From contig NC_068991.1 of NCBI RefSeq assembly GCF_001194135.2, positions 14,189,138-14,234,679 of the forward strand: a DNA stretch of 45,542 bases. Direction: 5' to 3'. Shown here piece by piece: positions 10,718-23,984 of this stretch. Position 1 is the stretch's first letter. The number at the start of each line of letters is the position of its first letter. The notes under the pieces were generated by a model that had not been told where the DNA came from, did no database searches, and worked only from the letters and a program-made list of their open reading frames with translations. A program made the translations under genes and the position numbers. The DNA is from Octopus bimaculoides (lineage: Eukaryota).

Positions 10718-10808
10718 GATTAATTACCTTACAGCTGTTTCTGTTAAAGGTGATACGCAAGCACTAAATTATGACTGCACTGCATCTTATAGCAGAAACA
10801 GCCATAAT
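10718..10808. repeat. ~80-nt imperfect hairpin repeat (family E)
   Basis: tacagctgtttctgttaaag pairs with cttatagcagaaacagccata. A related sequence lies at 28790-28845. Confidence 0.55.
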
Positions 10809-10898
10809 CCTTTATCATTTATTTAATATCTTATTATGCTCTGTAAATGTATATTGAGTTCTAACATTGGGTTATTAGTATCACTATACCTAAGTGAA

Positions 10899-10936
<38 letters not shown>

Positions 10937-11137
10937 ATATACACGCATCTATGTACGTATATATACATATATATGTCTATATATATATATGCACACATGC
11001 ATGTATGCATATATATATATCTACACACACACACACACACATATATATGTATATATTCACACACATGCACATACATATCTATCCATTTCACTCTCTTCCT
11101 CAATGTATATATACATATATAAGTATGAATGTGCATG

Positions 11138-11173
<36 letters not shown>

Positions 11174-11368
11174 ATGCATGTGTGTGTGTGTGTATGTGCG
11201 TGTGTGTGTATGTGCATGTGTATGTGTAGTACACAACATAGTGTTGTATGTCAGTGTAAAGGGAAAGATGAACCCGAAGTGTATAAATACATTTTCAAGA
11301 ATCAAATAGACGCCAGTCAGATTCATTTCAGTCAATTCAGTTTTAGATTTTGTGAACCTCATCATCAC

Positions 11369-11413
<45 letters not shown>

Positions 11414-12282
11414 TATCATCATCACTATCATACCATTGCTTCCATGTTGATGATGATGATGATGAGGTGAGGAGAAAGAGGAGAATGAGGAGGAGGACAA
11501 TGATGATAAGGATTAGGATATTGATGCTGTGATCATAATGATGATGATGATGAAAAGGAGGAGGAGAAACGGGAAAAGGAAAAGGAAATTGATGACATAA
11601 TTACCCCCACCCCTTCATCCTTCCTTTTTCCTACTCCTAATTTTTTCTTAAAAATTTTTTTTTTTATATATTTCTTACTAAGCCAAGAAATGATAGTTCT
11701 ATAAATTTTCCAATAAACCTGTTGAAATAGAAAATAAAAAGAAATTATTTCATTTTATTTTTATTATTATTATATTTATTTTCGTAGCTGCAGTTGTTTT
11801 ATTTTATTTTTTTTTTTCACTTTTTGATTTTGTGGGGTAACAACAGAGCTCATGACATTTGAAAGTCATCAAAGACTAATGACCTCGTTGAAGTTCAATG
11901 CTCCACTGAAACTGTTAGAGGGCAACATTTATGGAGAAAGACATATGAGCAAGGGGAAGATTCCAGAAGACATTTGTTCTGGGTTGAAAGGGCTGGGAAA
12001 AAAATGGTTCATGCGGGGCAGGTGCAAGGGCAGAAGGTTGGATGCAACGAGTGTGATGAGAGTCGAAGAAACAAGTAGTTTTGGAGCTGCCCAAGTGGTA
12101 GAGATATATGACCAACCAGCCAGCTCTGAGGAACAGAGGCCATTATAGTAGTGTTAGTTGTTGTTGATTTGTATATCATGTCAGTTCCAATCAAAGAAAT
12201 TTATGATCAAAGACATTTTCAACCGTGACCATTCTGCCTAAAGTTTTTGAATTCCTTGTATCATGGATTAAGCAATCTAATA

Positions 12283-12425
12283 TCATCATCATCATCATCA
12301 TCATCATCATCGTTTAACGTCCGTTTTCCATGCTGGCATGGGTTGGACGGTTCGACTGGGGTCTGGGAAGCCAGGAGGCTGCACCAGACTCCAGTCTGAT
12401 CTGGCAGTGTTTCTACAGCTGGATG
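12283..12425 (-). mobile_element. RTE 3' terminus with (GAT)n tail, 5'-truncated
   Basis: (cat)n-cgtttaacgtccgttttccatgctggcatgggttggacgg, shared with six other loci in the window. Confidence 0.85.
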
Positions 12426-12513
12426 TACTATTATTTTTTTTCTCCCTTAAAAAGTGTGATTTTAGGGAGATTTAGATGCTACTATGACTGCATAGAGGTT
12501 TCTTTATTGGCTA

Positions 12514-12514
12514 A

Positions 12515-12562
<48 letters not shown>
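12514..12562. repeat. (TAG)n microsatellite
   Basis: Read directly. Confidence 0.95.
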
Positions 12563-12563
<1 letters not shown>

Positions 12564-13904
12564 TTTTTTTTATTGAATATGCAATTAATTACAGCTGTGC
12601 TGGAATATTTTTGACGAAAGTTCTGCTTGACTGGGCCAAACTGATGATGAAAATGATGACAACAACGATGACGACGACGACGATGATGAATTTTGACTCC
12701 AGTCAAGCAGAACAATCACCAAAAGACATTCCGACTGTGATTAAGGCATTTTCTTCATGTTCAGACATAGTGTATCTAAGATTACATCTTCTAATGTGCC
12801 TTTGCCTTTTTAATATAAGACAGTAGGATGTGGTCCAAAGGGGATTTAGCAAGTATTTCTTGCCAATTGTAGAGCCACATATGGGTCCCTACATGAGCTC
12901 ATCTAATAATATAGTTAACATCCTTGCTGCTTTGTCCCAGGTAAAAGACAAAGAATTAATCATCTAATCCATAACCAATCATCAAAAGCTTTTCAACCAC
13001 GACCGTCTTGTTTTGCAGACATGGTGTAATATTTACAATTACATTACTTGATATGTTCTCCCATTTTTTCTTTTTTCTTTTTCAAAATGGTTTGATGTGA
13101 TTTAAGGGAGATTAAGTTGACATTTCCCATCACAGGTTCAGCAATTTCTTGGAGTCTCCCTCATTACTTCAGTAGATTTCTGTTGATATTTTATTTTGCT
13201 GACCTTTACCCAGCTCAGCTCAAGTTTTCTCCTGGAGACTTATGTAAATAAATAACATAAGATAGAAAAAAACCCAAAAAAAGCAGAAACATGAAGAGGT
13301 TAAACAGCATATATATCTGTGTCTGTTCTACTATTTCACACAAATTATTTTCACTAATCTAAGAAGATCAATATGAACTGCCTAAGGACTCAAACAAAGA
13401 TCAGCATCGTTATAAGCTTATAATTATTATTATTATCATCATTTATTATATGGTGTGGCTTCTATCAGAGGAGGAAGTGTGCCATGACCTTTGTGAAGGG
13501 CATCTGAAAGGGAAGGGAAATAAAACACAAGAGGAATATACCTCAATTCTCGGGTTGATTTCAGGCGGAAATAGCACGACAAAATATTGAGATATTCTCA
13601 TACCAGAGGCATGGTTTCAATGGCCTCTGCTTAATCCCTCTGATGCCAAACCACCTAGGATTATTCCTGGTTGTATGATACAAACTTCCTGATTTAAAGT
13701 GACCTAAATAAGAATATTCCATCTAAATGTCATATTAATTTATGTTCCAAATGCTATCTTAATAATGTTATTTTATTAAAGTTTGTTTCATTAGATTTCT
13801 CATTTTTTTCAAAATTTATTAAAAATGAAATTAGTGTATTTCAACAGAAATATGATAAGAGATGGGTTAAAGCACCTAAATCAAGTCTCTGAAGAGAAAA
13901 TTAA

Positions 13905-14227
13905 CACAGGAGTGGCTGTGTGGTAAATAGCTTGCTTACCAACATGGTTCCAGGTTCAGTCCCACTACATGGCACCTTGGGCAAGTGTTTTCTACTATAA
14001 TCTCAGGCTAACCAAAGCCTTGTGAATGCATTTGGTAGACGGAAACTGAAAGAAGCCCATCGTGTATATATATATGGGTGTGAGTGTGTGTGTTTCTGTG
14101 TCTGTGTTTGTCCTGCCACCATTGCTTGACAACTGATGCTGGTGTGTTTATGTCCCCGTAACTTAGCGGTTCGGCAAAGAGACCGATAGAATAAGTACTA
14201 GGCTTAGAAAGAATAAGTCCTGGGGTT
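13905..14227 (+). mobile_element. SINE family A copy, 3'-truncated
   Basis: Colinear with 35963-36297; stops at gtcctggggt. Confidence 0.9.
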
Positions 14228-14237
14228 AATCAAAGAG

Positions 14238-14401
14238 AGATGGTATTGGTACACGGCAAAAAAGGTCACAGAAAATAAGAAAGTAACCATACTCTGGGAT
14301 ATGCCAATACACACTGTTAGAGAAATTAAGGCCAATAGGCGGGATATAGTTGTCAGAGGTCACCAAGAAAAAAATGCTTTCTAATCGATGTATCAATAGC
14401 A
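14238..14401 (+). pseudogene. Fragment of an R4/Dong-like non-LTR retrotransposon restriction-like endonuclease (REL) domain
   Basis: Translates RWYWYTAKKVTENKKVTILWDMPIHTVREIKANRRDIVVRGHQEK-(frameshift)-CFLIDVSIA. This matches the ILWD..I.ANRPDIVV..LIDVSIP signature of REL-type LINEs. Followed by (CAA)n(TAA)n. Confidence 0.75.
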
Positions 14402-15873
14402 ACAACAACAACAACAAGAATAATAATAATAATTTTTCTTAATTTTGGCATGTAGCTGGCAATTTTGAGGATAGAGGTCAAATGAATTACACTGACTATC
14501 TCTGCTTCTCTCATTCTCTCTCTCTCTTCTTCTCTCCCTTTATCATCCCTGTCTATCTGTCTGTCTATCTGTATGTCTATCTGTCTGTTTATCTATCTGT
14601 CAGTCTGTCTCTCTCTATTTTTTTTCTCTTAGAATTTGCTATGCCACACTGCGGGAAGGTTCATTAGAGTCCATGTACTGCATCTCCTTCTCCAAAAATA
14701 AGGAAAAGCTGATTGAAGAATTTACAAATTCTTCTCAGAGAAAAACCAATACATTACTGGATCTATCCAAAGATGGCCTGATATGCTGAGACCTCAAGAC
14801 TTATACATATCAAAAATATAATTAAAATATCAGGACTACTGGATGCTGTATACATACAACACAGGACTTAGATTTTATGGCACCACAGGACTTAGATTTT
14901 ATTTGTTTGTCATTGGACTGTGGAAATGCTGGGGCATCACCTTGAAGGATCTAGTAGGACTCATCTCAACAAGTACTTGATTTATTAAGCCTGATACTGA
15001 AACAAACCAACAAACAAATATCCATGTCTTTGAAGACAAAAAAACAAAACATTGCAAAACAATGTTACTAGACATTGCATTCATTTTATGTAGGGTACCC
15101 CAGGAGTTACAAAGGTATATTAAAAACGAAACAATGAATCACAGCAGTTTTAGACATGACAGGTATATTACAAAGGGTACTTCAGAAATTACAGACATAA
15201 TATGGCACGCATATTATATAGGATACTCCAGGAGCTATATATTTATACAAAACAAAGAGCGATAAAAGTATTATTAGATATGGGTTGCATATTGTGCAAA
15301 GTACTTTCGATACAATAGAAAAATACAAAAAGTAAAAACCTTATACTGAATAGGAAGATGTATGCATGATAACATTTGAAAGGTGAAAGAAGATAGGAAA
15401 ACAAGGTATTAAAAAAAAAAAAATAATAATGAAGTAAACAAACGAATGAATGAGTAATTAACAAAAAGAATTCATATATANNNNNNNNNNNNNNNNNNNN
15501 NNNNNNNNNNNNNNNNNNNNNNNNNNNNNNNNNNNNNNNNNNNNNNNNNNNNNNNNNNNNNNNNNNNNNNNNNNNNNNNNNNNNNNNNNNNNNNNNNNNN
15601 NNNNNNNNNNNNNNNNNNNNNNNNNNNNNNNNNNNNNNNNNNNNNNNNNNNNNNNNNNNNNNNNNNNNNNNNNNNNNNNNNNNNNNNNNNNNNNNNNNNN
15701 NNNNNNNNNNNNNNNNNNNNNNNNNNNNNNNNNNNNNNNNNNNNNNNNNNNNNNNNNNNNNNNNNNNNNNNNNNNNNNNNNNNNNNNNNNNNNNNNNNNN
15801 NNNNNNNNNNNNNNNNNNNNNNNNNNNNNNNNNNNNNNNNNNNNNNNNNNNNNNNNNNNNNNNNNNNNNNNNN

Positions 15874-15912
<39 letters not shown>

Positions 15913-16285
15913 GCACATATAGATATATATATACATACAAACATACACACACAGAGACACACATACATATATATATATATATGCATTATTAGTGAATGTG
16001 TGTTTGTGTGTGTGCATGTGTCTGTATGTGTGTGTGTGTAGACAACAAAGGGAAAAGAAGCCATGCAATTAGATTAAGAATATATGGTATTTGAGGTTGA
16101 TAGCTACTTCGTTAAATGTTAATACTGAAGATTAACAATTAAATACTTCCACACCCACACTCATTGTTTATCACTCATCGCCTATATCTGAAGACTTCAA
16201 CTACTCTACATACATAAATACATACACACATGCAAGGATATATACATACACATGTATGCATGCACACACTTACACATAGTTATAT

Positions 16286-16337
<52 letters not shown>

Positions 16338-16654
16338 ACACACATATATANNNNNNNNNNNNNNNNNNNNNNNNNNNNNNNNNNNNNNNNNNNNNNNNNN
16401 NNNNNNNNNNNNNNNNNNNNNNNNNNNNNNNNNNNNNNNNNNNNNNNNNNNNNNNNNNNNNNNNNNNNNNNNNNNNNNNNNNNNNNNNNNNNNNNNNNNN
16501 NNNNNNNNNNNNNNNNNNNNNNNNNNNNNNNNNNNNNNNNNNNNNNNNNNNNNNNNNNNNNNNNNNNNNNNNNNNNNNTATATATATACATATATATACA
16601 TGTATATATATGTATATATATATTTATATATATATATATGTATATATGTATATA

Positions 16655-16745
16655 TTTGTAATATAATATGTGACAATTATTTGGTTGCCATAATAAAACT
16701 CCGAGTTTCGGATTTCAGGGCGGAAACCTGCACTGGCATCTCTTA
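16655..16745 (-). mobile_element. Truncated copy of hammerhead-bearing family D
   Basis: Reverse-homologous to 29125-29215 (tgtgacaattatttggttgccataataaaactccgagtttcgga). Confidence 0.75.
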
Positions 16746-16811
16746 TATATACATATTCATAAATATATATATATGAATTAGAAGCAGTTTGAGGTGTGTT
16801 CAATATATATA

Positions 16812-18317
16812 CTCAAGTACAAAAGATACGTTACACTGTAAAAATTATTTGGTTCACGCACTATATTGAGAATATAAGGATTTTATCACACTTCTTGGTA
16901 ATTTGACATCAGGAGGATGTCACTGACCCATAACATCACTCTCTTTTGAAGACACAAGGATTGCATGTCGGGTTTGAACTCATTTATTTTTTGTGAACAT
17001 GGTAATGCTCGCAAATGCATCTTTATGAAAAGCATGATGCACATGCAAAAATATTGACTTATTGGGTATAAAAGGCACCACCCAGATTTACCAGTTTGTC
17101 ATTTGTTTTCTGAGTGCTGCAACCATGCCAAGCCTGACATGAAATCAGAGGGAGCAAGCCATCTGATGTCTCCATGCTGGTCAACATCATTGCGTCATTG
17201 CTAATGAGTTGGACTGCAGTATTGAGATAATTGAGTGGCTGGGGAAATGATACAATGTCACAAACAGCACAGATGATTGTCCATGCAGTGGCCAACCGAG
17301 GGTTATAATGGCACGTCAAGATCGTTACCTGCCCCGACAGCATTTGCAGGAGCGATTCTGGAGGGTAATGGAATCAGCTAGGCAGACCATAGGGCTCATC
17401 ATTTGTCCAGAGACAGTTTGCTGCTGTCTGAGATCTTTTCATCTGTCTTGTCGATGTCTGGTTAGGGGTTACATCCTCACAGATCATCATCCACCGGCAC
17501 GTCTCCAGTGGGCTCAAAAACGTCAGAACTGGTAATATCAGCAGTGGAGGACAGTAGTCTTCTCTGCCAAAGTTAACATTGCATTTCTGTGACAGATGGC
17601 AGAAATAGGGTTTGGAGAAGGGGTAAACGTCATGCTGGTGGCTGTGTGGTGGAGAGAGAGAGAGACCTATGGAGAGGATAGAGCGTCATGGCATGGAGCA
17701 GGATTGCACTCAACCAGAAACTTGGGCTGGTGGTCTTCCAAAACATCGGCCAAGACCAGTGCTACATCGACCAAGTGTTGAGGTCTCACATTGTGTCATA
17801 CTTTGCCCGTCATCTATATCACGTGTTCCAACATGACAACACCTGTACTCATACTGCCAGTTTGACAACAGACTTCCTCCAACATCACAACATCTAGACA
17901 CTGCCATGGCCTACCCTAAGTCTGGATTTGAACCCCATAGAGTGCCTGTGGGACGAAATCCAAAGAAGGATAAATGACATCCAGCCAAGGCCGACAACTG
18001 TGGCACAACTCACAGCAAGTTTTAACAGAGTGTGAGCTTCTATCTCAATTGTTTGGTGCAGTCAATGCACAGAAAATGCCTGGCAGTAATCAACACTAAT
18101 GGTGTTCATATGAGATATTGAGTTCATGTCTTTGGATTCAAGACACTCTGTCATCACGTGACACCATGTGACATCAAACATGTTTCAGGAAATGAAATTT
18201 TTTTCATTAGGAAAGGACGGTTTCATAATTAGCATTCTTCAATCAATGGTATGGCAGTCTGTTAATAAAACCGGTTTCTATTTAGCATGTGTGCGACATT
18301 TCTTTTGTGGTTCAGAC
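16812..18317 (+). mobile_element. Near full-length decayed Tc1-family DNA transposon (~1.5 kb) with TA TSDs
   Basis: Degenerate TIRs ctcaagtacaaaagatacgttacac (16812-16836) and the reverse complement of gtgcgacatttcttttgtggttcagac (18291-18317), with TA at both ends. A transposase relic lies inside. Confidence 0.75.
17125..18121 (+). pseudogene. Tc1 transposase pseudogene (DD34E)
   Basis: MPSLT..ARQDRYL..ARLQWAQ..WRTVVFS..DGRNRVWRR..FQHDNTCTHTA..LPWPTLSLDLNPIECLWDEI..GVHMRY*. D at 17835 and E at 17940 are 34 residues apart. Multiple stops and frameshifts; the first catalytic D is not retained. Confidence 0.92.
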
Positions 18318-18341
18318 TATATATATATATACAAGAGTAAG

Positions 18342-18381
<40 letters not shown>

Positions 18382-18902
18382 GGGAGAGAGAGAGAGAGAG
18401 AGAGAGGGAGGGAGAGATAGATACACACATACCTACATACATACATATATATATATATAGAATTAGATATACATAGACAAATGTAGATGGGCATACTGTA
18501 TTTTCGTAATTATGCACCTATAAATATGTACAATCATGTAAATATGTGTGTGTGTGTATGTGTGTGTGTGTATGCGTAATTGTGTGTGTATGTGTGTGTG
18601 TGTGTGTGTGTGTCTGTGTCTGTGTCTGTGTGTTGTGTGTTTATCGTTTTCAGAGACAGGTTTTTTTCTTTGATATTCTGTGTTGTTTTATTATTCACAG
18701 GAGAATGAGGTAGCATTTGGTATTTACAAGGTCACAGCTCACCTACCTGACTAGCTACCTTCCCCATCACAGATATGTTCCTATCATAAATTCCACCCAA
18801 CCAATGACTTCTTCCCCTGCCCCTAACACCATCCTATTAAAAAAAAAAAAATTGTACCCAGTTATGTCATCCAGTTTTTTTTTTCTTCTTTTCTGTTTTT
18901 TG

Positions 18903-19666
18903 TTTATTCTTTTATTCTTTTACTTGGTTCAGTCATTTGAGTGCAGCCATGCTGGAACACCACCTTTAGTCAAGCAAATTGACCCCAGGGTTTGTTCTTT
19001 GTAAGCCTTGTAGTTATTCTATCGGTCTCTTTTGCCAAACCATTAAGTTACAGGGGACATAAACACACCAGCATCGGTTGTCAAGTAATGTTGGGCAGAC
19101 AAACACAGACACAGACATATACATGCACATACATACATGCATATATATATATATATATATATATANNNNNNNNNNNNNNNNNNNNNNNNNNNNNNNNNNN
19201 NNNNNNNNNNNNNNNNNNNNNNNNNNNNNNNNNNNNNNNNNNNNNNNNNNNNNNNNNNNNNNNNNNNNNNNNNNNNNNNNNNNNNNNNNNNNNNNNNNNN
19301 NNNNNNNNNNNNNNNNNNNNNNNNNNNNNNNNNNNNNNNNNNNNNNNNNNNNNNNNNNNNNNNNNNNNNNNNNNNNNNNNNNNNNNNNNNNNNNNNNNNN
19401 NNNNNNNNNNNNNNNNNNNNNNNNNNNNNNNNNNNNNNNNNNNNNNNNNNNNNNNNNNNNNNNNNNNNNNNNNNNNNNNNNNNNNNNNNNNNNNNNNNNN
19501 NNNNNNNNNNNNNNNNNNNNNNNNNNNNNNNNNNNNNNNNNNNNNNNNNNNNNNNNNNNNNNNNNNNNNNNNNNNNNNNNNNNNNNNNNNNNNNNNNNNN
19601 NTATATATATATATATATATCTTTATATATATATATACATATATATATATACATACACACACACAC

Positions 19667-19734
<68 letters not shown>

Positions 19735-19805
19735 ATATGTATATATATATATATATATATACAATAGGATCTTTCAGTTTTCAATCTACCAAATCCACTC
19801 ACAAA
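18903..19805 (-). mobile_element. SINE family A copy (minus strand) spanning an assembly gap in its internal (TA)n
   Basis: 3' half at 18903-19130; tttcagttttcaatctaccaaatccactcac at 19770-19803. Confidence 0.8.
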
Positions 19806-19859
19806 ATAGTTTATCGTTTGTTCAAACTGCCCAGGTCCAAACTCACACATCTACGCTAT

Positions 19860-19996
19860 ATTGTCATTCTAAAAATAAATAACCATACCATCCAATCTCA
19901 AAGCTATGAGATAATCCATGATTAATTCAAAATATTAATCATTGTAAATTAATAAGCACTATATTTGACAGAATAATCTGAATGCTAAAGGGTTAA
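19860..19996 (-). mobile_element. Partial copy of the piggyBac-like MITE
   Basis: Reverse-homologous to 36483-36610; ends aatgctaaagggTTAA. Confidence 0.7.
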
Positions 19997-21102
19997 TGAG
20001 AAAGGATTAATTGGATAAATTTCTCTCAGTACTTGATTGGTTTTTTATTTGATCAACCACTCCTAAACATAATCATAAGGAACGAAATATAACAATATCT
20101 TAACCATAAATCTTCCATAGAAAGCAATGTTTAACAATATGTATCCCAAAATAATAGTTACAAAATCTTCCAAATACAATAATTTTGTCCCATTATGCAA
20201 ACCATTAAGACATTTTATACCATTCTATATCTTTCCTTTGTGTTTACTAAGAAATATGAAAGATTCTAATCTCTTCGTATAATGTATTGCACAATAAAAG
20301 GGAGAATGGTCCATGAGAAAAAACTCCAGTGGTTAATTTAAAATATTCGATCAAATGACTTAAGGGCATTTCACTAACTCGTTTATGATAATTAATTTGT
20401 TTGATGTAACCTTATTCTTCACATTTGTTATAATCCTGATGTGTATCGATTGTAAACTTTGATTACCTCAGAATGGATTTTATATATATATCTATGACAG
20501 ACACGTGAAATATTTGTTCCACAAACTGTATTATTTGAACTTTCGTGCCTTCTTAACATGTTAATATATGCATATATATGCATGCAAGTACGTACGTATA
20601 TAAAGTACATATATATATANNNNNNNNNNNNNNNNNNNNNNNNNNNNNNNNNNNNNNNNNNNNNNNNNNNNNNNNNNNNNNNNNNNNNNNNNNNNNNNNN
20701 NNNNNNNNNNNNNNNNNNNNNNNNNNNNNNNNNNNNNNNNNNNNNNNNNNNNNNNNNNNNNNNNNNNNNNNNNNNNNNNNNNNNNNNNNNNNNNNNNNNN
20801 NNNNNNNNNNNNNNNNNNNNNNNNNNNNNNNNNNNNNNNNNNNNNNNNNNNNNNNNNNNNNNNNNNNNNNNNNNNNNNNNNNNNNNNNNNNNNNNNNNNN
20901 NNNNNNNNNNNNNNNNNNNNNNNNNNNNNNNNNNNNNNNNNNNNNNNNNNNNNNNNNNNNNNNNNNNNNNNNNNNNNNNNNNNNNNNNNNNNNNNNNNNN
21001 NNNNNNNNNNNNNNNNNNNNATATATATATGTATATATATATAATATATATATATACATACATATATATCCATACATATATATATATACATATATATATA
21101 CA

Positions 21103-21145
<43 letters not shown>

Positions 21146-22549
21146 ATGATAAAGCATGTGTTACATTAAGTTTGCCACCTGAATAGGAAATAGCAGAATT
21201 TGATCTGAAAACTTAAGGAGTGCAAGAAGTAAAGCAGTAAAGCAAGAGGTATCACTCTCCATATACTCCCACTTCCACTTCTCTATCACTCTGAGTTGGT
21301 ACTGTGTATCAACCCTGAACGGTTAAAAAAAGCAATATTATCTTCAATGAGATTTGAACTCAAAACAAATACTACAAATTATTTTATCTGTTCTTATGAT
21401 ATTCTTATGATTCTGTCATTTTGCTGGTTGGCAGTAAGCAACAACACAACAACAACAACAATAACTGGCCCTTGAATGATCCCTTTGGTGGAAGTGAATC
21501 TGTTGAAATTACTTAGAGGAAACAGCCCTCCCACTTCTGTTCGGTATCACTTATAGTTATCCTGCAGGCTCTGAAATGCATGTGTTTAAGAGAAACGATT
21601 GGCTAAATTTATCTCAGAAGTCTCTGAGGGTTCTCAAAGATATCCCTTTCCCCCTCCTCCTCCTTTTCTTCTTCCTTCTCTTCCTACTCCTTTGACTTAC
21701 TTACGAAATGAAACATGTTATTGCCACATGTGACTATCCCATATTTAAGTAAGACAACCATTCAGTAATGTAGTGACAGTGATATGCATATTTATGCATG
21801 CATGAATAGAAATATTTATTGGTGTACAGCAACATGTATAAAAACTATATATGAATATACATATTTACACACATAAACACACATATGCAAACACAATCAG
21901 ATACATTTATGTATGTGCATTTGTGTAAATGTATCTGTAAATATATATATATNNNNNNNNNNNNNNNNNNNNNNNNNNNNNNNNNNNNNNNNNNNNNNNN
22001 NNNNNNNNNNNNNNNNNNNNNNNNNNNNNNNNNNNNNNNNNNNNNNNNNNNNNNNNNNNNNNNNNNNNNNNNNNNNNNNNNNNNNNNNNNNNNNNNNNNN
22101 NNNNNNNNNNNNNNNNNNNNNNNNNNNNNNNNNNNNNNNNNNNNNNNNNNNNNNNNNNNNNNNNNNNNNNNNNNNNNNNNNNNNNNNNNNNNNNNNNNNN
22201 NNNNNNNNNNNNNNNNNNNNNNNNNNNNNNNNNNNNNNNNNNNNNNNNNNNNNNNNNNNNNNNNNNNNNNNNNNNNNNNNNNNNNNNNNNNNNNNNNNNN
22301 NNNNNNNNNNNNNNNNNNNNNNNNNNNNNNNNNNNNNNNNNNNNNNNNNNNNNNNNNNNNNNNNNNNNNNNNNNNNNNNNNNNNNNNNNNNNNNNNNNNN
22401 NNNNNNNNNNNNNNNNNNNNNNNNNNNNNNNNNNNNNNNNNNNNNNNNNNNNNNNNNNNNNNNNNNNNNNNNNNNNNNNNNNNNNNNNNNNNNNNNNNNN
22501 NNNNNNNNNNNNNNNNNNNNNNNNNNNNNNNNNNNNNNNNNNNNNNNNN

Positions 22550-22800
22550 GGTGAACCCTGCTGTACTCTTTCACCACAACTTTCTCTCACTCTTACTTCC
22601 TGTTTCTGCTGTACCTGTAATTCAAAGGGTCAACCTTGTCACACTGTGTCACGCTGAATATCCCCGAGAACTACGTTAAGAGTACACGTGTCTGTGGAGT
22701 GCTCAGCCACTTGCACGTTAATTTCACGAGCAGGCTGTTCCGGTGATCAGATCAACTGGAACCCTCGACGTCGTAAGCGACGGAGTGCCAACAACAACAA
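22550..22800 (+). mobile_element. SINE family B, 3' two-thirds (5' end lost in a gap)
   Basis: Reverse complement of 7749-7993; ends gagtgccaacaacaacaa. Confidence 0.9.
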
Positions 22801-23984
22801 TTAGGCATCTGCGACAGTGAGCAGCACAAAATCCAGCTTTCAGATACTGAGCCATAAGCAGTTTGATACTTAGATACAGGAAAGTGACCAGTATGCAAGT
22901 AACTACTGGTCTTAAACCTTAAGCTTTTCAGTCCCTATGGCACATTGGTCATTGACAACTTTTGTCTGATGTTTTGGAATGTTTTTCTGCTTGTCTCCAT
23001 TTGGATGTCAACTGTATCAGCTTTGCCCCCGGATACAGCCTCCAGTTATTTTTAGGGCAACCTCTTTTCCACTTTCCTTGAGAATTCAGGTCATGTCATA
23101 TGTTTCCCTGAGGGAAGACTTACTCTCTCTCTCTCTCTCGGGTCCCATTTGGCATATCACAATCATCACTTTTCAGCCATTTATGGCTGCTGCCAGCATG
23201 TGTGCATACAATTTTATGTGCATTGACAGCAACAACAGAGCCCTTCAGTATGTATGTATATACATATATATATATATATATANNNNNNNNNNNNNNNNNN
23301 NNNNNNNNNNNNNNNNNNNNNNNNNNNNNNNNNNNNNNNNNNNNNNNNNNNNNNNNNNNNNNNNNNNNNNNNNNNNNNNNNNNNNNNNNNNNNNNNNNNN
23401 NNNNNNNNNNNNNNNNNNNNNNNNNNNNNNNNNNNNNNNNNNNNNNNNNNNNNNNNNNNNNNNNNNNNNNNNNNNNNNNNNNNNNNNNNNNNNNNNNNNN
23501 NNNNNNNNNNNNNNNNNNNNNNNNNNNNNNNNNNNNNNNNNNNNNNNNNNNNNNNNNNNNNNNNNNNNNNNNNNNNNNNNNNNNNNNNNNNNNNNNNNNN
23601 NNNNNNNNNNNNNNNNNNNNNNNNNNNNNNNNNNNNNNNNNNNNNNNNNNNNNNNNNNNNNNNNNNNNNNNNNNNNNNNNNNNNNNNNNNNNNNNNNNNN
23701 NNNNNNNNNNNNNNNNNNNNNNNNNNNNNNNNNNNNNNNNNNNNNNNNNNNNNNNNNNNNNNNNNNNNNNNNNNNNNNNNNNNNNNNNNNNNNNNNNNNN
23801 NNNNNNNNNNNNNNNNNNNNNNNNNNNNNNNNNNNNNNNNNNNNNNNNNNNNNNNNNNNNNNNNNNNNNNNNNNNNNNNNNNNNNNNNNNNNNNNNNNNN
23901 NNNNNNNNNNNNNNNNNNNNNNNNNNNNNNNNNNNNNNNNNNNNNNAATCTTAAATCTTTGAGAAAAAATCTTCTCTTCAAATG

